From Eledone cirrhosa (Eukaryota): a DNA stretch of 64,000 nt. Under the pieces are notes generated by a model. That model was not told where the DNA came from, did no database searches, and saw nothing but the letters and a program-made list of their open reading frames with translations. The stretch spans positions 109,988,001 through 110,052,000 of the forward strand of contig OZ024740.1 in NCBI GenBank assembly GCA_964016885.1, written 5' to 3'. This document shows, piece after piece, positions 12,312 through 25,757 of this stretch (the stretch's first letter is position 1; the number at the start of each line of letters is the position of its first letter). The position numbers were made by a program, and so were the translations under genes.

Positions 12312-13080
12312 TTCACAGAATTTTTACAGACCATTTGCACATGCAAAAAATGTGTGCAAAACTAGTGCCCAAACACTTGTCTGTGGAGCAAAAAGTGAAC
12401 CGTTTTGAAATTTCTCAGGATTTGCTAGAAAGACTCAAAATTGAGCTAAATTTCTGGGATTAAGTAATAACAAAAGATGAACCATGAGTATTGGAATACA
12501 ATCCAGTGACAAAGTGGGAAAATGAGGAGTGGCACACAAAAAATTCTGCTCATTTGAAGAAAGCATGCATGAGCGGATCCAGACAGAAAACAATGATTAT
12601 CATTTTTTTCGACAGCCGTGGTATTGTTCACAAAGAATTTTTACCTCCAGTATAGACAGTTAATCACACCTACAAAAATATTTTGGAATGACTTCGAAAA
12701 TAGGTCCAGCATGTCCGAAAGGACATTGCAGAAGATTGGGTACTGCACCAATATAACATGCCTGCTCACACAGCACTTTTAATTAGAGAATTACTAGCAA
12801 AGGAAAACATTACCACTCTTTCACATCATTCCTGCAGCCTAGATCTAGCTCTGTGGGATTACTACCTTTTCCCTAAGTTGAAGGGTCAACCTTTTGGGAC
12901 AGTGAAAAACATACAAAAAATTGTATGGACACTCAAAGAAAATGAATTCTGGTACTGCTATGATCAATGGAAAAAAAAATTGGAACCATTGTGTGACTTC
13001 CTAAGGGTCTATTTTGAAGGAGATAACTTGTAATTTCATGCACGTCTAATATACATTTAAATAAAACAAAAGTGTGTGTG

Positions 13081-13123
<43 letters not shown>

Positions 13124-13247
13124 TACACAAAATGCCAGCATCAACAGTTTTCCATGAGATGGCAACATTTATTGTTATTTTTATCTAAAGACATCTTTTC
13201 CAATTCCACCCCACCCGTCCCTTCAATCTATCTAATTTTTCATGCTT

Positions 13248-13283
13248 TCTTCTGATGAAGGACTAGCATCCGAAACGCTAAGA
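13248..13283 (+). ncRNA. Degenerate minimal hammerhead ribozyme motif (Penelope-like repeat remnant)
   Basis: TCTT-CTGATGA-A-GGA ctagca TCC-GAAAC-GCT-AAGA. The cleavage triplet is mutated relative to GTT in the 43245 copy. Confidence 0.6.
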
Positions 13284-13386
13284 CCCTCTTCCTGCTATTT
13301 CAAGCGTTAATCTAATATATTCCTTCCATATACTGTACCAATTGTGTTGTTATTTCTGTTTACCTTTTACATACATATATATATAT

Positions 13387-14395
13387 TAATGAAAAATAGA
13401 GCGAGAAACGGGACTGTCCATCATCAGTGATCTTCTGACTATCATTGGTATTTCTTCGCATTAAAGACCAGATATCTCAAAATCAGTGCGAGTAATAACT
13501 AAAATAAGTTATTGGGACAGAGCAAATTGGGTGGAGAAAGAGGGACAGTAAACAAACAAAAATAGTAATGCAACATAAAGAGAGGAAATGAGAGACAAGT
13601 CAATGATACATGTGAACTTAAGTTCAAACAAATCAACGACTGGAAGACGGCAGATGCGTCCGAACCCTGCAAAATGTAAGCAAGAAAAGGATTTCACACA
13701 GGTCAGACGGGATGAAGTGAGAGAGGGGGAGCAGCAGAGAGTGAGTGAGTGGAAGTGTGAGGAAGAGGCCAGCCGAGAGAGTGTGAGGTCAGCAGAGGGG
13801 GTGAATGAAAGCAAGAGGTACAAGGAGAGAGAAGGGGAGAGTTCTCGCTCTATTTTTCATTCATATGTATCACACTCACAACAACGCAGCATGCCATTTT
13901 TTCATTCATATATAATTTTTCCCCTCACTGTGGTTTGTCTTTTTCTATCACCTTACTGCTATCCTCTTTCTCTCTCCTTGCACCACTTGCTTTCATTCAC
14001 CCCCTCTGCTGGCCTCTTCCTCACACTTTCACTCACACACTCTCTGCTGCTCCCCCTCTCTCACTTCCTCCCGTCTGACCTGTGTAAAATCCTTTTCTTG
14101 CTCACATTTCGCAGGGCTCGGATGTGTCTGCCTCTTCTCGTCGTTGATTTGTTTGAACTTAAGTCCACAAGGTTCATTGACTTGTCTCTCTTTTCCTCTC
14201 TTTACGTTGCATTACTACCATGTTGTTTGTTTACTGTCCCTCTTTCTCCACCCAATTCGCTCTGTCCCAATAACTTATTTTAGTTATTACTCGCACTGAT
14301 TTTGAGTTATCTGGTCTTTAATGCGAAGAAATACCAATGATAGTCAGAAGATCACTGATGATGGACAGTCCCGTTTCTCGCTCTATTTTTCATTC
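13387..14395. repeat. Long inverted repeat (~440-bp arms, 13387-13835 / 13965-14395), probably a Penelope-like pseudo-LTR pair
   Basis: The arms are reverse complements. The spacer begins with a second copy of the terminal TTCTCGCTCTATTTTTCATTCA. Confidence 0.85.
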
Positions 14396-14411
14396 ATATA
14401 CATACATATAT

Positions 14412-15150
14412 ATCATCATCATCATCAACGTTTAACGTCCGTGTTCCACGCTTGCATGGGTTTGGACGGGGGTAGTCCCACTTGAGGCAAGAGTGATTGT
14501 CTTGCTCGCATAGGACTGTCTGGCAGGTTTTCTACAGTTGGATGCCCTTCCTAACACCAACCACATTTACAGTGTGGGTCTGGGAGGTTTTTACCGTGTT
14601 GCCTACACGGCCACATTACAGCGTGGACTGTGTGTTTTTTTGTCGTGACACCTACACGATCTCATTTGTTTCGGCCTGGATGGCGCGGCACCAACATAAC
14701 TTTACGTAGAACGGGGTGGTGTGGATGGGGTGGGGGTGGTGGTGGTGGGACGGGGTGTATTTTGTTAGAGATGCCTACTGGCTGTAGTAGGTTTTACTAT
14801 GTATTTAGGTAAGGCGGGTCTTCTCTGTTACTGAGTACCGCCAAAGGTCTCGGTCCAGTGACATTGTCTTGGAGAGGTGTAAGTGTGTGAGGTCGGAGTT
14901 TATCAGCTCGTCCCAGGTTTTTCTAGGTCTGCCTATTCCGTGGCTACCGTCTATCTTTATTGCCCTGCACTTTGTTATACAGCTATCGACTTTCATGCGC
15001 ATCACGTGTCCATACCAACGTAGCCTTCTCTCGAGTAAACAACATCTGATCCCTCTTATTTCTAATTTTTTCCTTAGTTCGTTTATGCTTTGCCGTTCAC
15101 GTATATTACTGTTACACATCCAGCGGAGCATGCAAGCTTCGTTCCTCTCT
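14412..15150 (-). mobile_element. RTE LINE 3' fragment (subfamily B)
   Basis: ORF 14805-15167 (ERNEACMLRWMC..RLRWYGHVMR..GRPRKTW), 3' UTR and (CAT)n tail. The 5' end abuts (TA)n. Confidence 0.93.
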
Positions 15151-15429
15151 AATATATATATATACACTGCTTTAGTATAGAGAACTAATATTGGTACCTT
15201 CCTTAGTAAACCACAAACCTACTGAATCAATATATATATCTATATTCACACATCCACAAAACAGGCAAAGAGTAAGATAATGACTCAGTCAGTCAGCAAC
15301 AAAGTATCCATCCTGTAATTTAAAACTGTTAAATCACTTCTAACTCAGCTGCTGATTGTTCCTATTATTTTTTCTCTATCTATTTGCATAGAAACACCTA
15401 ATTTACGCGCACACGCGCACACACACACA

Positions 15430-15483
<54 letters not shown>

Positions 15484-15566
15484 GTGCTGCCATCTGGCTC
15501 TCAATGTAAGCATGTGGTAGATGGATTAGAGTGGCATCCAGCAGGAGGTACACAGATATGTATGCG

Positions 15567-15599
<33 letters not shown>

Positions 15600-15625
15600 A
15601 TACACATGTGATTGTGTGTGTGTAT

Positions 15626-15661
<36 letters not shown>

Positions 15662-15805
15662 TTATTTATTTTTGTTTACATTTCCAGTCATATATATATA
15701 ACTGGAAATGTAAACAAAAATAAATATATATGCATACATGTTTATATATAATATGTATATGAAACAGTATATATATAGATATTTATACACACACACACAC
15801 ATACA

Positions 15806-15845
<40 letters not shown>

Positions 15846-16385
15846 CGATATGATATATGTAATACTGTGGAACAATTTAGAACATCAAACAGGTGTGGTA
15901 ATAGTTCACATGGCAGAACTCACTTAACTGGGGCAAACTCCTGTTGATATTACATCATGTACACCTACACCAGACTCTATGCAGTCTATCCTCCTCTTTA
16001 AATACTTTACATACTTCAACACACATGCATTGCCGCTTACATATATGTATATGTATGTGTGTGGCTGAATAGTTAAGGAATTTGTTTTGCAATTAGGCCC
16101 CGGTTTCAATACTACTGTGTGACATCTTATGCAGATGTCATTTACCAGAACCTGGGGCTGATCCATGCCAAGCAAGTGAAACTGGGTAGGCAGAGTGTTT
16201 GGAAGACCAGTTGAAAAGGATAAGCTGTGTCATGCTGATTTGTCCTGAGAATTATGTTTATATTTATATATGTCTGTGGAATGCTCTGCCACTTCCATGT
16301 CAATTTCATGAGCAGGCTGTTCAATTGGTTGAACAAGGGGTGCAGTCATTGTTGAAACTGACAGCAGTTCATTCCATTATATATA

Positions 16386-16694
16386 CAGGTGACCCCCGGT
16401 ATTTGTGGGTGTTACATTCCTAGAGCACCTGCAAAGAGTGAAAAACCGCGAATATTGGACATGGTCTCTGAAAACGCCTATAAATGTCAAAACATAACGT
16501 AAAATATATACCACCAAATATGGTATATTATTAATAATTTAGCACTAAAATGTGTGAAAAAATATATATTACCTCGAAAAAAGCCATTAAAAAATCATAG
16601 AAGATATTTACAATTCCACGAATATGCGGTGGTTTCCACAAACAATTATTAGTTAGGTTCTAATGAAAATTCCTGAAATGGCGGGGGTACACTG
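16386..16694. mobile_element. Tc1/mariner (pogo/Tigger-like) MITE
   Basis: TA|CAGGTGACCCCCG ... CGGGGGTACACTG|TA: imperfect TIRs with TA flanks. Confidence 0.7.
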
Positions 16695-16904
16695 TAAACA
16701 TATATATGTTTACAATGATGAATTATCAAGGAAGAGTTGAGCCCTGGTCATTATGACTATAACCTGAGCTGATTGATATTGAAATGATTGTAATATTCCA
16801 ATAAGTGTATATATATATATATATATATATGCTGCAAAAGTGACTTCCATCCTACTTACTTATATATATATATGTGTGTGTATGTGTCCCCCGAAATGAT
16901 TCGA

Positions 16905-17810
16905 TCCTCAAACCACTTTTATTCATTATAGTTCTACAAGCCATAACAGAGGAGTTTAAGACTCGCTGCCCATGGGAACTTCTCTATGCTGATGATCTGG
17001 TACTTATAGCAGAATCAGTAGAGGAGCTAGAGAATAAATTCTGGCTGTGGAAACAGCAGTTGGAATGAAGGGGACTGAGAGTGAACCTAGCAAAAAATAA
17101 AGTATTGATAAGTAGAAAAGAGGACAATACTCTCATTCCATCAGGGAAATGACCATGCTCAATATGTAGAAATGGAGTTGGCATAAACTCTATAGAATGT
17201 ACACAATGCAAATCTTGGGTTCACAAGAGGTGTAGTGGGATAGCAGACAAGAAAGGAAAATTTCATATGTAGCAAGTGATCAGGGTAAATTGATAGTAGA
17301 AGTGTCAGTGATAGGCACATTTTCCAAATGCAGGTAGGCTCTATAGAGGTGGTTGATAGCTTCAGATATCTAGGTGATCAAATTAGCAAGGGAGGCGGAT
17401 GTTCCAAAGCCATAGTATGTAGAATAAGGACAGGATGCAAGAAGTTTAGGGAGCTGCTTCCTCTGTTACAACAAAGTGTTTCTCCCTGCGAAAGAAAGGT
17501 TGGTTGTATGATGCCTGTATGATGCGCGAAGCTGCACGGTAGTGAGATATGGGCAGCAACTGCAGAGGATATGTTAAGGCTGGAGAGAAATGAAGCAAGC
17601 ATGCTCTGACGGATGTACAATGTCAATGTGCAAGAATGACCAAGCATGGAGGGTGAAACAGTGTATAAGAGGAATAAACTGCAGTGTGCAGGAGAGAAGA
17701 TTGCGTAGGTATGGCCATGAGATGCGCATGGATGATGACCACTGGGTGAAGTAGTGCAACAAAATCCAAGTGGAAGAAAGACGCAGTAGAGGAAGACCAC
17801 AAAAAACATG
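16905..17810 (+). pseudogene. Decayed RTE RT fragment (subfamily C)
   Basis: PLLFIIVLQAITEEF..WELLYADD and FRYLGD, with multiple stops and frameshifts. Confidence 0.9.
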
Positions 17811-18039
17811 CGCGAACATTTTACTTTTGAAAATCATTTTACTTTTGAAAATCATAAGAACTGTGAAACCGGTAAAGTAAATAAATAAATATTCTTAAAA
17901 GGCACCAGTTGCATTTTCAATTTCTTTTCCTTATATATATATATATATATATATAGTTATGTAATAAACAACATCTACATAGAGCACTCATTTTTCCTGG
18001 ACCTTTCCAACGGAATTACTTCATTCACACACACATATA

Positions 18040-19740
18040 TCATCATCATCATCATCATCATCAGGTTTAGCGTCCGTGTTCCACGCTTGCATGGGTTTGG
18101 ACGGGGGTTTTCCCACTTGAGGGAAGAGTGGTTGTCTTGCTCGCATAGGACTGTCTGGCGGGTTTTCTACAGCTGGATGCCCTTCCTAACACCAACCACA
18201 TTTACAGTGTGGGGCTGGGAGGTTTTTACCGTGTTGCCTACACGGCCACATTACAGCGTGGACTGTCTGGCGGGTTTTCTACAGCTGGATGCCCTTCCTA
18301 ACACCAACCACATTTACAGTGTGGGGCTGGGAGGTTTTTACCGTGTTACCTACACGGCCACATTTACAGCGTGGACTGTGTGTTTTTTTGTCGTGACACC
18401 TACACGATCTCATTTGTTTCGGCCTGGATGTTGTGGGACCAACATAACTTTACATTGAAAGGGGCGGTGTGGGTGGGGTGGAGGTGGTGGGACGGGGGTG
18501 TGTTTTGATAGAGATGCCTACTGACTGTAGTAGGTTTTTACTTTGTATTTAGGTAAGGCGGGTCTTCTCTATTACTGAGTACCGCCAAAGGTCTCGGTCC
18601 AGTGACATTGTCTTGGAGAGGTGTAAGCGTGTGAGGTCGGAATTTATCATGTCGTCCCAGGTTTTTCTGGGTCTGCCTACTCCGTGGCTACCGTCTATCT
18701 TTATTGCCCCCCAGCTGTCGTCTTTCATGAGCATCACGTGACCGTACCAACGTAGCCTTCTCTCGAGTAAACAACATCTGATCCCTCTTATTTCTAATTT
18801 CTTCCTTAGTTCGTTTATGCTTAACCGTTCACGTATATTACTATTGCACATCCAGCGGAGCATGCAAGCTTCGTTCCTCTCTAGTCTGCGTATATCCTCT
18901 GCACACAATGCCTAGGTCTCACTGCCATGCAGCATTGCTGTTCGTATGCAGGCATCGTATAACCTGCCTTTCATTTTTAGGGAGAACCCTCTAGCAGCTA
19001 ATAGTGGTATAAGCTCTCTGAACTTTTTCCATCCAGTTCTGACTCTAGCTACTGTACTTTCAGAGCACCCTCCCCCACTGCTGATTTTGTCACCCCGGTA
19101 ACGGAAGCTGTCCACTATTTCTATAGAACCCTCTGCGCAATTGAAAGAGCTAGTATTTGGTGGGCACATGCTGCTACTTATTGCACCAGAGCACCGGCCA
19201 CATGTAAAATCTATGTTCTTAGTTAGCTTACCTGTGATCCCACTACATCTTTTATGCACCCATACTTTGCATTGGGGACATAAAATGGAGTTTCTACCTA
19301 CGCCTTTCCTACACACTGAGCATGGCCATTTCCCGGAAGGGACCGCCGCCTTATTTTCTTTCCTACAAACTAGAACTTTAGTCTTAGCCAGGTTAATTTT
19401 AAGGCCTTTTGATTCTAGGCCGTGCTTCCATGTTTGGAATTTCTTCTCTAGTTCGGTCATTGATTCAGCTATGAGCATTAGATCATCTGCGTATAGGAGT
19501 TCCCATGGGCAGCCAGTCTTGAACTCCTCTGTTATAGCCTGAAGGGCAATAATAAATAGTAGGGGGCTAAGAACAGAGCCCTGATGGACACCAACTTTTA
19601 CGCTAAACTCTTCACTATATTCGTTGTTAATTCTAACCTTACTGACTGTTTCTTTATACATGGCTTGTATAGCTCTCACAAGCCATTCGTCAACACCTAG
19701 TTTTCTAAGAGCCCACCAGATAATGGAACGGGGGACTCTG
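18040..19740 (-). mobile_element. 5'-truncated RTE LINE (subfamily B) with one in-frame stop and a ~114-bp duplication in the 3' UTR
   Basis: ORFs 18912-19802 and 18549-18908 are separated by TGG>TAG. (CAT)n tail. 18149-18262 is repeated at 18263-18375. Confidence 0.93.
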
Positions 19741-19934
19741 TATATATATATATATATATACACACACATATGAAATGTGCACTCTGTAAAATGTGAGACC
19801 ATACATAAGCGAGATGCAGGGCTCTAGCCTGTCTGGGAGATCAGTATCTATGCTTCAGTACTGACTTGGTCTATGTAGACCTGTCCAACCCTTGCTAGCA
19901 GGGAAAGCAGACATTAAAATGATAATGATGTTGA

Positions 19935-19969
<35 letters not shown>

Positions 19970-20885
19970 ACACTGACAGAAGTTTCAGCGACCTTCAACA
20001 AACTAATAGTAGTTTTCTTTCTACTGATGATGCCTTGATAAATGGCCCTTTGCTGTCCATGGTGTTGACCAGAACAAATAAATAATGATAGAACAATTAT
20101 ATATTTTGTATTAATCTCTTAGAGGGAAGAGCTGTGTCTATGTCTTTTTTCATGGCCTTTGGGGCAGGTAGTAGAAAATAAGGAATACATTCATTGGCCT
20201 GAATGAGTGGACAATGTGTCTCCAGTTAAGAATAGTTACACCATATCCATGATTGTTATAAGAAGCAACAAATAGGATTGGTGCCAGGAAGGGCATCCAT
20301 CTGTAAAACAATGCCTCAGAAAAGGACTAGATGATACAAAATCCACAAAGAACCCTGCAGGGTTAACCCCTGCTCTAACAGGAAAAAATGAGTTTAAAAG
20401 ACTTGCTTGCTACAGTTGTAAGGCCACACAGTGCATATGTCCATTTCCATAACTTCTGAGAGGTAGGAGTAAAGTATGAGATGGGGCCCAAGTTGTCAAC
20501 CTCCTCGCAGTAAGTTTTGGAAACTGATCTCTGATCTCGATCAGGGGAATGGCAACCTCAGACAGCAACAGAAGAAATCTGAAATTACTCTCAGACAGCA
20601 GACAAAGCCAAAATGCTCAGAACAGTGTGAAATCTGCTAAAGACATCCCAGGACCAAGTAAGTGTGTAAAACTGGGAGCTGGATTCATATCAGATTAGCA
20701 GTGGAAGAATGTGTTCAGGAGGGTGTGAATACCTGAAATCACCTCCTTTTCTAAAACATCATCAGAAAGGCCGAGTAGGTCAAGATGTAGGACAACCTGC
20801 TCATGGTTGTCCAAACTGAAACCTGCTCCAATCATTATGTAGTGATTTCGTACATATAATAGAGTTGTATTATATATATATAATA

Positions 20886-21470
20886 TGGTGGATTGGCAGT
20901 ATCGGTAGAGGGTCGGACGCCATGCTTTCCAGCATAGTTACGTCCCTTTACGATCTGAGTTCAAATCCCACCGAGGTTGACTTTGCCTTTCATCCTTACG
21001 GGGTCGATAAAATAAAGTACCAGTAATGTACTGGGTAATTGCTGGCCTTGTGCCTAAAGTAGAAACAATTATATATATATATATATATAGATAGATATAT
21101 CGACACCGTAAGGATGAAAAGCCGAGGTTAACTTTGCCTTTCACCCTTACGGGGTCAATAAAATAAAGTACCAGTAATGTACTGGGTAATTGCTGGCCTT
21201 GTGCCTAAAGTAGAAACAATTATATATATATATAATATAATTGTATTATATATATGTATAATATTATATATATATATAATACAGTTGTATTATATATATA
21301 TAATACAGGGCGGTGGATTGGTAGTATCGGTAGAGTTACCTCCCTTTATGATCTGAGTTGAAATCCCGAGGAGGTTAACTTTGCCTTTCATTCTTACGAT
21401 GTCGATAAAATAAAGTACCAGTAATGTACTGAGTAATTGCTGGCTTTGTGCCAAAAATAGAAACAATTAT
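20886..21470 (+). mobile_element. Cluster of three SINE family 1 copies (one partial) separated by (TA)n
   Basis: Same A/B boxes and core as 2747-2950, at 20886, 21120 and 21308. Confidence 0.85.
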
Positions 21471-22704
21471 ATATATATAATGGAGAAGAAGGTAATAAGG
21501 TTAATTTCACCAGATTTTATTTATGATGTAATAGCTGTTATATATATTTTCATGGTATCTGTTACATAATTGTAAATCATCCAGACACAATTTCATCAGA
21601 AAGCCCTATGAATTTTGGTGACATATGAACTGGTTGGTTTTTGGTGCTGATTCTCCACTACCAACTCAACACTATATATATCATCATCATTGTTGTTTTA
21701 ATGTCTGCTTTCTCTGCTTGACCAGTTTTAAACTAGTAAACTATATTTACTCTCTACTATCCCAATACTTGGGATAGTAGAGAGTCAGGGCCTGACAGCT
21801 GTTATCCAGACTTCCAAAAATATGGTAGCATTAGCCAACAACATATCAACCCACCTACATATTTGTGTCACAGAAATACATATAATTAATAAATATGATT
21901 ATGTAACTTCTGTCTTAACATATTTCATACAAGGAAACTCAGTTGCGTTTGATTGCCACCTCTAAGCTGGATAGATACAACTGATTTGGAGTGCTCTTAC
22001 CTGCTTACACCTGTTTATCAATAAGAAGCAGTTAATTTTATTGATTTTTTTAGTTGCTTCTATTGACTGATGAATAGCGTAGGAACACATACTTTATTAT
22101 TATTAATCTCCCCTAAGGTAGAGATAACATTTGATCGTTTGAACTGCTGCTATTTCTAGTGGCAGGACATTGACATGTCCGCCCTTGCCTTCTGTCTTTA
22201 CACACGGAACTAGACAAAATTGGTTCCTTCCTAATTCATTCTCATCTGGGAACAGTTTTGTATGGCGCCAGTTTGTGATTTGAACTCAGGAATTTTATAT
22301 TCTCGAGCGAGAAGAACCTTCTGACGAGAGTCCCCTTTTCAATGGAAATCCGCCTGGATTATCCATATATTTTGGGATTTGAAACCGCGCAGTAAAGGTA
22401 CATATAGTAAGTACAGCGAACTTTTTAAAATTTATTTTAAAACATTTTCTCTATTTGCTAAACCTTGATTTTATATATATATATATAAATATATACCATA
22501 TATATATTCGAATATAAACAAATCTGAATATCACAACCCCCAATTTTTATGTCTGCGCAAAAATCCAAACCCCATTTATAAGGCGCAGTGGGTAATCAAC
22601 ACTTTATGTTTACATGGTGCGGTTTTGATATTCTCATGAGTGGAAAATATATCAATGAAGTTTTAATATTTTGATATATAAAATGATTTAAGTGTCATTT
22701 AGAG

Positions 22705-22747
22705 CAGGGATCACCAACCTGTGACCCTAGGGCTGCATGCGGCTCTC
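22705..22747 (+). mobile_element. hAT (Charlie-like) terminal sequence
   Basis: CAGGGATCACCAACCTGTGACCCTAGGGCTGCATGCGGCTCT preceded by ATTTAGAG. The partner end was not identified. Confidence 0.45.
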
Positions 22748-23459
22748 AGAACAAGATAAGAATTATGCTCTTATCCAGCAGATTGCGCATGTAGCCAGCA
22801 ACTGCATGACAGAACTTTTTGCTACGTTTCAAATATTTCTGCCAATTTTTATATAAATTCAAACTACTTTGCAAGGTAGTAGTAGCAGTAATAATCTATA
22901 TGATAAAAGGAAACCTGTTTCTCTGTCTTTTGGTCTGTCTGTCCATCACACTTCATATGTATATATATATGTGTGTGTGTGCGGAAAAAAAAAATTCAAC
23001 ATATAGGCAATGCAAATTCATGTTGCAAATTTCTGTTGTAAAGTTTAGCTTTTTAAGGTCAGTCTTTTCTTTACAACTTCATACCATGTTTTCCTAGGTC
23101 TGCCTCATCCACATGTCCCAGCCACTGGGGTTTCTCTGCAGTTTTTATGCAGCTGCTATATTCGATGCACATCTATTGGAGCATATTCAACTCATTTCTT
23201 TCTTAGCACCTCGTATATGTAGAGTTTTGATGTTGGTGAAAATTGGCAAAATATTTATCTCAAATATAAGCCAACATCCCATTTTACCCTCAATTCTTTT
23301 GTCACACTTTTTTTGGTTTATATACGTGTGTATATAAGGCATATATAAAAATAAAAAAAAAATTGTCGATCAACTTTCGTCAAATTGGACCGAGGAAACA
23401 ATGTTTCCGTTGGTCTTTCCAATTGCTAATACTATCTATCGGTCACAACTCCATGTAGA

Positions 23460-23580
23460 AGGAGCAACGTGAAATAAAGTGGCTTGCTCAAGGACATAAC
23501 GCATCGCTCAGTCCAGGAATTGAACTGACAACCTCACGATTGCAAATCCAGTTCTCTAACCAATCAGTCACATGCCAAGG
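23460..23580 (-). mobile_element. SINE family 2 head and core
   Basis: Reverse complement matches 7591-7710. Confidence 0.75.
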
Positions 23581-23585
23581 TATTT

Positions 23586-23985
23586 CATCATCATCATCAT
23601 CATCATCGTTTAACGTCCATCTTCCACGCTAGCATGGGTTTGGACGGGAATTTTCCCACTTGAGGCAAGATTGGTTGTCTTGCTCGTATAGGACTGTCTG
23701 TCGGGTTTTCTAACACCAACCACGTTTACAGTGTGGACTGGGAGATTTTTACCGTGTTACCTACACGGCCACATTACAGCGTGGACTGTGTTTTTTTGTT
23801 GTGACACCTACACAACCTCATTTATTTCGGACTGGATGTTGTGCTACCTACATAACTTTACATCGAAAGGGGTGGTGTGGATGGGATGGGGGTAGTGGGA
23901 CAGGGGTGTATTTTTGTTAAAAGGTGCCTACTGACTGTAGGTTTCGCTTTGTACTTAGGCAAGGCGGGTCTTCTGTATTACTGTG
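23586..23985 (-). mobile_element. RTE-B 3' UTR fragment
   Basis: (CAT)n tail and 3' UTR matching 14412-14830. Confidence 0.85.
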
Positions 23986-24002
23986 TATTTATATATATAT
24001 AT

Positions 24003-24913
24003 ATAAGAGAGTATTGAAGTTTGCTTGAAGCATTGTGGAACAATAAGTAAATATCTTTAAGTCGTTTGGAAGCCTCGACAATGCAAATGGGTAAATCTCC
24101 GGGTAACAAGGTCCGGTGGTGGAGAGAGAGATGTAAGTGGGTGTACGTTGAGATGCGTGGTGTGTATAAGAAGTGTGAGATGTGTAGAATGAAGGGAAGA
24201 GTATAAAGGATAAAAATAAAAATAACAACACAAGAGAGAGTTACCTTGGGAGAGATTTAATAGTCCCTATATATTTCGGATTCACATCCATCAACTGGGG
24301 TTTTTTCCGGGGTGGGGGAAAAGGTTGTCTGTCGGACAAGTCCGGAACGCGTCTTTCGCTGTTTGTTGTTTTGAATATCTGAGGTATTCGGCAGAGCGCG
24401 CGTGCGCGTGAAATGGGTCGGTCGTACAGAGGTCAGCGGCCGAATGAGGGAGTGGGATGGCGCTAGCTGTCAGTCCATTCTCTGAATTTGGCAGCCAGCG
24501 TTGGCCCATTTCTCCAACAGTCTAAACAGTTCCCTTACGGATGCAAACAATTCCTGGCTCAGGTGTAAGGATAAGAGAGTATTGAAGTTTGCTTGAAGCA
24601 TTGTGGAACAATAAGTAAATATCTTTAAGTCGTTTGGAAGCCTCGACAATGCAAATGGGTAAATCTCCGGGTAACAAGGTCCGGTGGTTGAGAGAGAGAT
24701 GTAAGTGGGTGTACGTTGAGATGCGTGGTGTGTATAAGATGTGTTATTTTTATCCTTTATACTCTTCCCTTCATTCTACACATCTCACACATCTTATACA
24801 CACCACGCATCTCAACGTACACCCACTTACATCTCTCTCTCCACCACTGGACCTTGTTACCCGGAGATTTACCCATTTGCATTGTCGAGGCTTCCAAACG
24901 ACTTAAAGATATT

Positions 24914-24914
<1 letters not shown>
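24003..24914. mobile_element. Penelope-like repeat arrangement: direct repeat (24003-24170 / 24571-24738) plus an inverted copy (24742-24914), with a degenerate hammerhead on the minus strand at 24265-24300
   Basis: Near-identical repeats are visible directly. The minus strand reads CCC-CAGTTGA-T-GGAT gtga ATCC-GAAA-TATA-TA-GGG. Confidence 0.7.
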
Positions 24915-24945
<31 letters not shown>

Positions 24946-25499
24946 ACTTATATACAAGTACATATGGTACATATATGTATACACATGTATATATTTGAAG
25001 TATATATTGAAAAAGTCTTGAGAAAATTGTATATATATATATATATATATATATACATACACGTGTGTGTGAGTGTGTGTGTGTATATATATATATTACA
25101 CACACATATATTATATGAATAACAAAAAAATCATTTTTGGCTGTATGAAAAATTCTTGAAAGAAAACACCAAGTTATGATACCAAGCTATCTGAAGTATG
25201 TGTATAAGGAATACTACTTCATTAGTTGATCCTCTCATTGATGTACACTACCTTTCTGTGTGTGTGTGAGTGTGTGTGTGTAAACTAGTAACACAGTATT
25301 TCTGTACTACTATCTATCTATCTATCTATTTCTCATCCTCTACATCATCATCATATCAGCAGTAGTCACAGAGTCATTTCAACAGATGGCAGTTAGTTTA
25401 AGAATTGATGATGATGATGATAATGATGACGATGATGATAATGAAGTTTGCCTATATCTAGATATAAAACATAACTGATCATCTCTTGTCTGACTATAT

Positions 25500-25757
25500 T
25501 TATAACAACAGCAACGTCACTGGTACTGCCACCAGCATGAAAAACAACAGCAACAACAACACCACCACCACCACCAACAACAACACCACCAACAACATCA
25601 CTACCATCAACAACATCACTACCACCAACAACACCACCACTACAAACACCACACCAACAACAACAACAACAACACCACCGCCAACAACAACTGCTACAAC
25701 TGCCACTGCCACCACTATAACCATTACCATGACTATCACCATCATAACCATAACAAA
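25500..25757. repeat. (AAC/ACC)n low-complexity tract
   Basis: Trinucleotide run producing poly-T/N pseudo-ORFs. Confidence 0.85.

Larger units (their letters stand above)
9254..13033 (+). mobile_element. Decayed mariner (Tc1/mariner) transposon, split by an RTE insertion at ~9741-12305
   Basis: Left end TA|CGAGGTTTGTCCCAAAAG. N-terminal IKFCMKL..YGD..FKEG..EDEPR-GRP lies at 9477-9640. After the RTE come CAKLVPKHL, VITKDE, FDSRGIVH, LHQYNMPAH, HHSCSLDLALWDYYLF (a YSPDLAP-like motif) and YFEGDNL*. The right TIR was not found. Confidence 0.85.

Noticed and set aside
14345-14385. CTGATGA at the end of the long inverted repeat (and another at 20024)
   Set aside because: No correctly placed GAAA or stem III, so a hammerhead cannot be built.
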